Below are positions 18,029 through 28,675 of a stretch of 36,251 bases of DNA, one piece after another. Location: the NCBI GenBank assembly GCA_023334545.1, contig JAADVB010000201.1, forward strand, positions 1 through 36,251, given 5' to 3'. Position numbers and translations under genes: made by a program. Each line of letters starts with the position of its first letter. Positions within the stretch are counted from its first letter, which is position 1. This DNA comes from Salisapilia sapeloensis CBS 127946. Its lineage: Eukaryota; Protista; Oomycota. Under the pieces are notes generated by a model, which saw nothing but the letters and a program-made list of their open reading frames with translations, was not told where the DNA came from and ran no database searches.

Positions 18029-19843
18029 CTAGAATCGAACGCCTACATTTCGTCCTACTCCATCCTCTTCTTCCTGCAGCTTTAAAAGCTTCTTCTTCAC
18101 CATACGTAACACCACTAAACTCACACTGAAGAGACCAAACGTCAGCAAAAACAGCGTCGTACCCACAGCACTGTACTTGTCTCGCGTGGCTTTGGCTTCC
18201 GTCATGTTACTACTGTTCGACGTTCCGATGAAGAAACCCATGAGTACAGGTACAAATCCTTCGCCCATGCCACATCCAAAGACAACCAGACTCGCAACGC
18301 GCCGAATCAAGTGCTGGTCAATCACACGCGTGAGGCAGTGGATAGCTAGCGTAAACAGCGGTGCAATAGTGGCGCCAAACACCAACAAGCAGAACGTGAT
18401 ACCGAGGACTCCCAGCGCCGTGTTCCCAAACACAAGTACACCACACCCGACGGTAGCAAAGAAACTGAGCCACACGATGCTGTAGAGATTGAGCTTATGG
18501 AACATGTACGTGGAGAAGAAGCAGTACGAGAGCCAGGAAGAGGCCCAAAAAAGGAGCATCCAGAGACTCCCTGTCTCATTGATCGATGTCATCGTGTCGT
18601 CCTGAACAGGTCCTTGCGCCTCGACCGTCGCGGATTGGACGAGAGAGCCGACGTAGTCGAACAAGAAGGCTGCACAACTGAGCTGCAGGCCGTACAACAT
18701 GGTCACGAACAGCGTGACGTAGAGGACAAGGAGATTCGTCGTTGGGTCATACACGTCTGGGTTGATGTTCGCACTGTCCGTGTAATGCTTCACGTGGAGG
18801 AAGACGGCGCCAATAATAGGCGACGGTGCCGTCGGCACTCTCCTCGCCGGGTCCTCCACGTACGCACTAGAGGACGTGTTGTCTGCGTTATGAAGCAACG
18901 ACTGCGTCTCATTGTTCGACTGTGTCATGTTGTACTGAGAAGTGGGTGTTGGGAGGAACAAAAGCAAGAGGATGGGAGGGACACAAGCAAAGGAAAGAGC
19001 ATAGTAGGCAAAAGACAGAGGAAGGGAGAGCGCTCCGAGCGTGAGCGAGATACATGGGCCGATGACGCAGCCCATGCCAAAGGCTAGGTTGAGCGACGTA
19101 ATCAACGATCTGCCTCTTGCTATCTGATTCTGTGTCAACCAGAGACAGCAGCGCTGGAGCGTGATATTTAATAGAGCTGTCCAAGCTCCTTTGATGACGT
19201 ACGCACAGCCGATGCCGAGGCTGCCGAATTTTACTGCTGCGAAGGGGACCATGCCGTACCATACGCCACTGAATACAAGTATGGAGGCCAATAGACACTT
19301 CATCCGACCTTCGCTTTTCCCCATGACGTTCAATGGGAGCTCACTGATGCTCCCGATTAATAAGACGGAAGCGCCATGGGCTGCGAATAATGCACCGAAA
19401 TTAGCCACATGCTCTCCGCTGATGTGATTATACGGATTTTCGTTGGCAATTTCTACAAAGTATGGCAAGGAAGGACCTAGCAGACCCATACTTACGCCTT
19501 GGAGGGCATAAAGATAGCGATAGACGAGGAGCTGGATCGCAGACTTTTCCATCATACTATCGTCTGCATCCGCTTCATTCTCCTCTTGAGACCCAGTGGA
19601 GCTCGCGAAGGAAGCCGAATGGGCTCGCATAGGCTCTTGATATCCTCCGTAGTTGTAGCTGGCATAATCGCCATGCTCTGGGATAGAAGCCTGTGGATTC
19701 CCACGTCCAGAATGGGCGTTCGAAATGCTTGTGAAGGAGGTGGCGCCTCCAGAATCCATGACAGTAGATTCTTCCTTTGGAGATGAGCTGCGCTTGCTCT
19801 CGGAAGACTTGAGCGACGACGAACGGTGGGACTTGCGGCCCAT
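18029..19843 (-). CDS. Major facilitator superfamily transporter (FucP/MFSD4-like sugar transporter), 604 aa
   Basis: About 12 hydrophobic segments in two bundles with a central polar loop. TM1 motif GVSMGLLGPSLP and late motif LVVFGCGMGEGFVPVLMG. The N-terminal ~100 aa are Ser-rich and hydrophilic. Confidence 0.8.
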   Translation of the reverse strand: MGRKSHRSSSLKSSESKRSSSPKEESTVMDSGGATSFTSISNAHSGRGNPQASIPEHGDYASYNYGGYQEPMRAHSASFASSTGSQEENEADADDSMMEKSAIQLLVYRYLYALQGVSMGLLGPSLPYFVEIANENPYNHISGEHVANFGALFAAHGASVLLIGSISELPLNVMGKSEGRMKCLLASILVFSGVWYGMVPFAAVKFGSLGIGCAYVIKGAWTALLNITLQRCCLWLTQNQIARGRSLITSLNLAFGMGCVIGPCISLTLGALSLPLSFAYYALSFACVPPILLLLFLPTPTSQYNMTQSNNETQSLLHNADNTSSSAYVEDPARRVPTAPSPIIGAVFLHVKHYTDSANINPDVYDPTTNLLVLYVTLFVTMLYGLQLSCAAFLFDYVGSLVQSATVEAQGPVQDDTMTSINETGSLWMLLFWASSWLSYCFFSTYMFHKLNLYSIVWLSFFATVGCGVLVFGNTALGVLGITFCLLVFGATIAPLFTLAIHCLTRVIDQHLIRRVASLVVFGCGMGEGFVPVLMGFFIGTSNSSNMTEAKATRDKYSAVGTTLFLLTFGLFSVSLVVLRMVKKKLLKLQEEEDGVGRNVGVRF

Positions 19844-20530
19844 GGTCCTGGATCTCTACTTCGTATCGGCTAATTCGGTCGCTGCTGTACCGGAAAGCTT
19901 CGAACAAGTACGAAAAAGTTACCAGTAACCTGGAGATCGTCTTGGTGCTTTTTATAAGAGCTTGTCGAAAGATGAAGCTACCAGGATAGCTTCATCTCTT
20001 TTTATTGACGTATTGAATGGTGCCTTTTGCCACACTACGTTGATTCTTGGTGACGAGAGTTCAATTATGGTAAGTAAAGCATAGGATCGACTTGCGCGTG
20101 GTAGAAGTGTATTTGTTTTGGCTTTATCAGCCTGCAGTCGATGTACAATGAAATGTCTATTCAGTGATATATGTGCCTTACGTGTCACATTCGTATATGA
20201 CGGACTTGCGTAGCGGTATCTGTCGAGCTCGTGATCACTAGTCTGACTATGCTTTACTCCCATTCTCCATTCGAACGCGAATTTCTACGTGTGATCAGCC
20301 TCAGCGCCGAGCTTCCTTCCTCTGCTTTATTTTCGAAATCAAGCCAAAAGGGACTGAGACGCAGAATCGGGGTTTAACGTAGGTGCACACTTGAATGCAT
20401 ACCAAGTGTCCATAACTGTACGATATATCATGATCAGTTCTGATGAATCAAAAACACATCATGCTTCCTCAAATGATAGATGAAAATGACAAGTTCTATT
20501 AACTTTACACACTTGATCGACCCATTCGAC

Positions 20531-21612
20531 TTATGTTGCTTGCTTGACTACCGCCACCTTTATAATATTGTCCAGAATGTTTCGTGCAAGCTCCATGTCA
20601 CTAACGCTGCGTGCTGCGTCTTCCACGAGCTTTGGAATGACACTTTCCCTGATTTCTGCTGTCAACGGATCTTCGAATGTTCCAGCCGACACTAGGGAGT
20701 CAAAGACTTGTCTGTGTAGATCGCCAAGATATCTCTTTGCACAAGCTCTTGCAGCCACCTTCTCTTCGAGTTTGGCCTGTACCGACTGCTGCTTCGCCTC
20801 TTCCTCGATCCGTCGTTGCTTTTCGGCATACCGACGCTTTGCTTCCGCCTCCAGACGCTGAACTTCCGCCATTTCGGCATTACGAGCCTGCTCGAACAGC
20901 TCCTGTCGTTTTCTAATTTCGCTCAGCTCGTCTTCTTCCATCACTTCTAATACGCTTAGTTCCAGCGACTTCCCCACCAGCACTTCTAAAATTGGAGCTA
21001 CTTCGACGTCAAAGTCGAACAAGTCTCCATTCTCAATTTGAGTCGCGACGTCTTTGCCAGAAGTACGTGGCACGAAGTCAACAGGAGGATGTAAATCTAA
21101 CAACGCGTCGGTCTGTGTGCTAGTGTCCACTTCAGGTGCACGATCTGTAAGCTCCTCCAAGTAGTTATCAGTCTGAATGTCCATATGATAGCGTCCTTCG
21201 ACAGGAGGAGGAGTGTTCGGACGAGCTGTTTGGTCCTGCTGATTCGTGACTTTGGAACGACGAGGCTGTGAGTGTTTCGGAGGTTCGTTCAAAGTACCAT
21301 TAGGACCAGCAGTATCTGGAGTGTCCTATATAAATATACATCTAAGTATTGTATCAGATGTAATGATAAAAAGATAGTGATCTACCTCTCGAATGACAAA
21401 GGCGCTACCCCGGTAAATCCGTCGATCATACATGATGTTTTGCGGCCTCTCGCTACATGCAAAAGGATATTAACATCCAAGTTGTCGGTAGCTAGACGAG
21501 AGGACATCTTTCAAAAGAAGATAACGTACGCTTTTGGCTCTTTGTTTAATTTGTTTCGCTTTGCTCCAACTGATCTTGGGATCGATGCAAAGTCATATCC
21601 GCCTTGCTGCAT
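20531..21612 (-). CDS. RSP3: Radial spoke protein 3 (flagellar), 314 aa; exons 21612-21530, 21452-21386, 21325-20531
   Basis: Core motifs STQTD..FVPRTSGKDVATQIENGDLFDFDVEVAPILEVLVGKSLELSVLEVMEEDEL. The reconstructed N-exons give YDFASIPRSV and PQNIMYDRRIYRG. Introns of 77 and 60 nt are in frame. Confidence 0.92.
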
Positions 21613-22421
21613 TGGATCTCTTTCGCGAACGAGGTATTCACAAGTATCTGAGCAGTCGACTTGTGCGTCGGTTTGTTTCTCGTGCCAATAATTAAAAGAG
21701 AAGAAGGGAAGGAGAAACCGTGCCAAAAATAAATAAAGTTGTACGAAACAAGGGTTAGACAGTGTGGATGACTACTCTAAGTCGACGATTTCCGTTTTAG
21801 CTTTCACTTGGCATGATTCCGTCTATCGCGATATCACCGGAGCATATTTTCGTGACCAGAAATTTGGAGGTTGTAATCTATCTCATCTGAAGTTTTACTG
21901 GCAGCTCGAAGAAGACTTTAAGCTAGAATTACAATGCTCTTCCGGCGAACTTAATACCCATGTTGAGCTTGTCGACCTTTACAAGTGGCTTAAAGTCTCA
22001 TCTCGCTATCTCCAATCATTAATAAGGTGCATCTTTACAGCAATAGCAAAGCACGGCGAACCACGAGCCAATTCGACCACTTTCACAAGTATCACCAAGA
22101 GCACAATAGACATCCTGCGAAATGTACTCCCAATATATGTATATGCAAGGATATTTACTCATTGAATACACTTGTAATGATAAACATAAAAGATGCTATA
22201 TACAACATTTTTATTAGGTACTGTTTGATAGGTATAAATTTTCAAATCTTAAATTATGTATTCAGAAGCCGACCCTTGACCGCCTCGTGGACATACAAAT
22301 TCCAAGAGACTCGACCGCCAAATCTTTTCACTGGCCGCACAAAAAGCCACACCAAGTCGCTCGTTGGGATTTTCGCAGCTCCAGAAGCACATTCGACAGC
22401 GTTAATAGCACACACAGAACC

Positions 22422-24395
22422 ATGCAGCAGGTAACTTCCACTCCCACCTACCTCTCATTACATGCAGAAGCTCCAATAGCATCCTAGACTCCCTCTTGGC
22501 TCTGCTTTACGTAGCAATCAATTGGATACCACTATTGATAGTGATAAAAGCTCATGGGACCAATGACTAATCAAAACAATTGCTGTTGTACATGATAGGC
22601 TGTCTTGAATCCGGAATCCCAAGTCGAAAAGGTGAGATACCGTCGCACCATGGTCTATTCTCTATATACTAATCGATACAAATCCATCTTTAGGGTGAAA
22701 ATGCACGCATGGCGTCCTTCGTCGGTGCCATTGCCATCGCCGATATGGTGAAGACCACGCTCGGTCCTAAGGGAATGGACAAGATCCTTCAATCCGTACA
22801 TTTATATCTCGTTCTGCGACCATTTCATATTTATTAACAGCACGCTACTAGGCGGGTAGCAACGACACCAACATCTCGGTCACGAATGACGGAGCCACGA
22901 TCCTCCGCTCTGTCTACGTGGACAACGCCGCCGCCAAGGTCCTCGTGGACATTGCCAAGACGCAGGACGATGAAGTCGGCGACGGTACTACCAGGTATAA
23001 AAACTTTCTCCTTTGATCCCATTCCTTCCTAACACCACGACTAGTGTCGCTGTGCTCTGTGGTGAGCTCCTGCGTGAAGCCGAGAAGCTGATCGACCAGC
23101 GCATTCACCCTCAGACGATCATCGACGGCTGGCGCATCGCTCTCAACACAGCGTACGACGCTCTGAGCGCCAACGCCGTGGACAACGTGAACGACGAAGA
23201 AAAGTTCCGTGAAGATCTCATGAACATTGCCAAGACGACGCTCTCCTCCAAGCTTTTGACGCACGAAAAGGATCATTTCGGTATACTTTCCTTCCCTCCT
23301 ACATCTCCAGTCTCTTCCTAACCACATGCAATAGCCGAATTGGCCGTGAACGCCGTCCTGCGTCTCAAGGGCTCTGGCAACTTGGACCACATCCAGATCA
23401 TCAAGAAGCCTGGCGGATCTCTCCGTGACTCGTACCTGGACAATGGCTTCATCCTGGACAAGAAGATTGGCGTCGGTCAGCCCAAGCGCGTGGAAAACGC
23501 CAAGATCCTCGTCGCGAACACTGGCATGGACACGGATAAGATCAAGATCTACGGTGCTCGTGTCAAGGTCGATTCGATGGACAAGGTTGCGTCCATTGAA
23601 GACGCGGAGAAGCAGCGGATGAAGCAAAAGTGCGAGAAGATTGCCGACTTTGGCATCAACTGCTTTGTCAATCGACAGCTCATCTACAATTACCCGGAAC
23701 AGATCTTTACGTCCAAGGGCATCATGGCCATTGAACATGCCGACTTTGACGGTGTCGAACGTCTTGCTGCCGTCACGGGCGGAGAGATCGCGTCGACGTT
23801 CGACCGTCCCGAGAGCGTCAAGCTCGGACATTGTGACCTTATCGAAGAGATCCTCATCGGAGAAGACCGACTGCTCCGCTTCAGTGGCGTCCAGACCGGA
23901 ACGGCCTGCTCCGTCGTTCTCCGTGGTGCCTCCAGCCACGTCTTGGAAGAGGCGGAGCGATCGCTGCATGACGCCCTCGCGGTGCTCTCCCAGACGGTGA
24001 AGCACTCGCAGAGCATCATGGGCGGCGGATGCACTGAGATCCTGATGGCGCAGGCCGTCGACAACAAGGTGCCGTCTGTCCCGGGCAAGAAGGCGCTCGC
24101 CATGGAAGCGTTCGCGCGTGCGCTGCGTCAGCTGCCGGCCATCATTGCGGACAACGGCGGCTTTGACAGCTCGGAGCTCGTTGGCCAGCTGCGTGCGGCC
24201 CATCATGACGGCAAGACGACGTCTGGACTGGACATGACGACCGGAACAGTTGGTGACATGCAGACGCTTGGTATTCGTGAGAGTTTCAAGAGCAAGAAGC
24301 AGGTGCTGTTTTCGGCGGCAGAAGCGGCGGAGATGATTCTCCGAGTGGATGACATCATCAAAGCGGCTCCGCGACAACGAGAGGGAGGGTACTAG
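22422..24395 (+). CDS. CCT2: T-complex protein 1 subunit beta (chaperonin CCT), 527 aa; exons 22422-22430, 22599-22631, 22694-22795, 22852-22994, 23045-23280, 23335-24395
   Basis: Signature motifs [84 protein letters not shown]. All five introns (168, 62, 56, 50, 54 nt) are GT..AG and frame-consistent. The 9-nt first exon is the least certain part. Confidence 0.95.
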
Positions 24396-25348
24396 AACCA
24401 AAGAAAGGATATCGAATGAAAAAAGGATGAAAAAGCAAGTGGACAATGTCGTTTGTTTGGTAGTCGTCAAAGTACTGTATGCAGAAACTTAGGTGGATGT
24501 GGAAACTTGAACCATGGACGTTGAATTTTTACTCACATACTTTGGATGGCGCCTTTTAGGTATGAAAGTAGGATACGCTAGTGATTCTTGACTTGTTTCT
24601 TCGTCGATATGGTGCTACTGCTAATGAAATACAGAGAAACCGCTTGGTTTACGCCGGAATGGACAGAGTGCTGTACAAACGTACAGAGTTGGAGATGAAG
24701 ACAGGGATGTGCGCCGCTATCTGTATATGGTTGGATTGCAATCGATATAGGCTCGCAGATTATTTGTAGTTGAAAATAGCAGCAACGTGCTTGGTGTACT
24801 ATGCGCTGAAGCAGTATACTTGTCATGACTGTGATGTCACTTGTGTTGAAGCAAAGCAATTTGCCCATCAAAACGTCATCCATCTCAACGAAGGGTTACG
24901 ACTTGGTTCCTTTATTATAACGATTATACTTGAAGCCTTCATTATCCCTGTAATCCACGTAGGTTTGCCGTCGTTCCTTCCAACGATACTGAGCAAGATA
25001 CCAATGTCTCCGATAGACCCGGTTGTCGACTTAATCTCTCCTCGCACTTATGAGCCATAGCTGTCGATGTGGTCAGGGTGCAGCATGAAGATGCAAGGTA
25101 TGTTGACATTAGCAAATGGGCGGGCAGCACCAGCAGTACCAAGTACCTTTAAGCTCATGTCCATCCTCTTTAGTGTTTCATCTGAAGACGCTGCAGCCAA
25201 CGTCTGCTAGCAACTTCAATCGCTTTCCCAAGGATGTGCTTCCCTGCCGATCAACATCGACATCCATTTTGACATTCACTCCCGAAATGTTTCTTCCTTA
25301 TAAAAGTTCATTGCGTTTGTTTATCACGACACTAAGCGTACAATCTAC

Positions 25349-27876
25349 TCAATCCCTTGCTGCCTTCTGAAGTTCATATAGCACTTGAGCTGCTGTCGGC
25401 CTCTTTTCTTCCTCAAATGCAACGCAAGCTTCAATCAGTTGCTTCATCTTCGTTGGCACTTCATCTGGGACTTCTACCCGTACTTGACCAGTGCTGATCA
25501 GTTGTAACATGGCGGCTTCTGTCAGTCCTCGGCCTGTTGAATCTCGGAGACCAGCATACGGTAATTCGTGTGAAGCGATCTCATAGAGCACGACACCGAA
25601 AGAATAAATGTCACTCTTCTCGTCATAGGGCCGTCCTAGCATGACTTGAGGAGCCATCCAAAGGGAAGAACCGACACCAGCGGTGAGGGTGACTGTCTCC
25701 TCACGGATCCGAGACGCTCCAAAGTCCGTCAGCTTTGCGTCCAACTCGGTCGATAAGAGGACATTTCTAGACTTGAGATCTCGATGCAAGACGATCGGTT
25801 GGAGAGAATGCAAGTACGTCAGCGCCATGCTAATGTGCAAAGCGATCTGAAGCTTTCTGCTGCTAAAACCTAAAGGTTGCCCTTCATCTCGATACCGGAT
25901 CAACAAGCTACGTAAGTCGCCACCACCCATGTACTCGGACACGGACATAATCTCACTTAAAGACTCCCATGCGACTCCTTTGAAAGTCACAATCTGCGGA
26001 TGCTCCAATGTGATCTGGAGCTTAATTTCACTCAAAAAGCCTTCAATACACCGCAGGTCTTTGCGGTTGTCAGGCAGTAACTGCTTGATGGCAACGTCTT
26101 GTCCTCGATAGCTACCCAGGAACACTTCACCAAAGCCACCTCGACTAATTAGTCGGTCTACCTGGACATTCTCGAAAGGAATACGAGCGGCAATGATCAC
26201 CGGGTCTTCCCATAGACTATTTCTAGGATTAGACGATGCACCTAACGTATTGTAGGACGACGTGAGAGTCCTCGCTCTCTTTTTCCCTGTGCCGTTCGAA
26301 CCAGAGTTGCGTGCTGTCGGAAGAACTTCATCGTACCAAGTTCCATGCATGGAAACATGACCGTCCTCAAGACTCATGTCACGTCCAATTTTGTTGTACC
26401 GAATGTCCTGCGACTGAGAAGTTCTGTACGGATTCGTACCTGGAGTATCTCTTTGTGTCGCGTTGCTGCGCGTATTGAACGTGATCATCGTATCATTATA
26501 ATCATCGTCGTCATCCATTTTGTTTCTACGTCGACGACGGATGAGGAAGACAGCAACGATGAGGCAGACCACGACAGCAGCACCGACGATTCCAAAGATG
26601 ACACCGTCACTTAATCCTCCAGACGGCTCAGTAGCGGCTTCCAATCGTCCTAATCAACAAGTGAGCTAGAGAAGTTATACGATATTGTCGTTGTAGGTAC
26701 CTGGTGACGAGAAAGCATCTGATGGATCTGAAGAAGTTGCAATAAAACTGGCTGAGTCTTCGCCATCTTCATCAACGTAGTTGATCGTCTGGTACTTGTC
26801 TCCTTTCCTGATCACGATCGTATAGTTGATGACGACTTTGCCGTCACTCGTTGTCTTCTTCACAGCCTTGACATTCACGAGCTCACTTCCGTCCAGGCCA
26901 TTGTCGTCATACCCAGGAGGTAGTGTCGTCGAAGTCCACTCTTCAACTTTATCTGACTGGTCTCCATCTGAATTTCCACTGTCCACGCCAGTAGGATCTT
27001 CCTTGTCACTATCTTTCTCATCGTCCTTGCTCCCTTTATCCTTTGGTGGCGAAGGTGGGGCACTAGTTTCGACATCCTTACTGTCATCAGGTTTTGGAGT
27101 TGGTGTCGATGGAGTAGGAGACGTCGCTGGTGGTGCTGTTGACGGCGTCACTGATGGGGTCGTAGGTGGAGCTACTGGTGGAGTTGTAGGTGGTTTATTC
27201 GTGCTTCCTCCCCCACTACTACTGTCAACGCCGTTACTACCAGGAGATGGCGTGGTTCCAGTACTTCCGCTTTCTCCACTGCTACCATTAGAGGAAGGCG
27301 CTGGACTAGTAGTTGGCGGCTCCGGCACTGATCCACTCGACGAAGCACTTGACATGGAGTTACCAGATGACGGTAGCTTTATCGAATCTCCTTTGGATGA
27401 ACTCATGTCCGAGGACGCGGACGAAGACTTACTGGACGACGGTATAGAGGGTGACTCGTCGGTCGATGAAGAAGAGGAGCCGTTCGCAGATATGATTGTG
27501 ACCGGGTTACTCGGGACGATAGTATCGTCCGAGCCGATAGACGAGGATGAGTTAGAAGTAATGTCGGATACTTGGACTGTCGCTTCCGAGTCTTGCTGTG
27601 TACTCCCTTCGGCGGAAAGAAAAGTGCCTACGGGTAGCAGATCATTAGGTGTCCAGACCTTGGTAGATGAAAATATAGGAGCTGCTCAAAAATAGAAAGA
27701 ACCAGTGGTCCGTATGGAGCAGAGAGTCGTAGTGACTCTATGCTACGAAGAGTGGATGCAGCATGTGAGATGACATGTAAATGCAACTACCTACCAGTGG
27801 CGCTTGCGATGCTTATGAGGAAGATTTCTTGATGCGAGGAAAACGCACACAGAAAGACAAGTCCAAACAGTCGCAT
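25349..27876 (-). CDS. Receptor-like tyrosine-kinase-like (TKL) kinase with signal peptide, mucin-like Ser/Pro/Thr ectodomain and a single TM helix (~787 aa); exons 27876-27795, 27681-26701, 26649-25349
   Basis: Kinase motifs SRGGFGEV, VAIK, HRDLKSRNVLL, DFG, WMAPQ, SDIYSFGVVL. TM segment VIFGIVGAAVVVCLIVAVFLI followed by RRRRR. A 51-nt intron joins track ORFs 26675-27406 and 25349-26644 in frame. A 113-nt intron (GTAGGT..pyrimidine tract..CAG) links a hydrophobic leader MRLFGLVFLCAF. Exon 1 is the less certain part. Confidence 0.85.
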
Positions 27877-28675
27877 GTGGCGTCGTTACGGAAGACGGCG
27901 TCGTAAGGAGTAATCCGAGAAAGAATATCAACTGAGCTGTATAGATCCAACAGCTAGTAGGGTGCTGGATGAGTTTAAAAAATGAAAATTCAACGGTCAG
28001 CACATGCTTGCTTCCATCACGCATCAATTCCTTCATGTTCGAATGCACTACCCGCTTTCGTCATCGTACAGCACATTCAACTGAGACACTGGAAGGTGTC
28101 TACTTACGATATAAATTTATACACCTCTCTCCCAAAAATCAGCTCGTCACACCGACTCCAGTCGCTTCTGACGTAAATGACCAAACTCTTTTCTCCAAAA
28201 CAACATGTACTCGAGACGATGGCTATCGAAATCAATACAACGTATGGAATCGCCAGGAATAATCTGACCTAGGACGCCATGTGCTACTGGGTGACCAGGT
28301 GGGTACATGTTTGCTTTCAAACACGACCAACATGTCACATCCATCAAGAGCTCTCGAGATACAAAAGTGTCAAGTCATCCCAATGAAATCAAAATTTTGT
28401 CCTGTTCTTCATTTCCACTAGGCTTTCCGATGATGCACCAGTGCATGTCTGAACATATCCTCCCGCTTTCCTCAAAATTGGCGTCCAAGTGAACCTCTGT
28501 AGCATTCACCTGTGACTTGACCTCCTAAATACCAACAACGTTGCATTTTTCCTTGCTTTTCTCAAGAGCTCTGCCCTCTACCCCTCATCTCCCAATGGAC
28601 GAGGTCGACGATTCGCTCTTCACCGTCTACCAGAGTCAGCTCCACTTATCCTTCTTTTTTCATTTCCTCCACTCC

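Noticed and set aside
21604-22430. Divergent RSP3 and CCT2 both begin MQQ (ATGCAGCA)
   Set aside because: Only 8 nt of identity and no flanking inverted repeat; chance.
22914-24470. 518-aa minus-strand ORF
   Set aside because: Antisense shadow of CCT2. It runs across CCT2 exons, has no recognisable motif, and such shadows are expected from biased codon usage.
26826-27695. 289-aa plus-strand Gly/Val/Leu-rich ORF
   Set aside because: Reverse complement of the Ser/Pro/Thr mucin exon of the receptor kinase.
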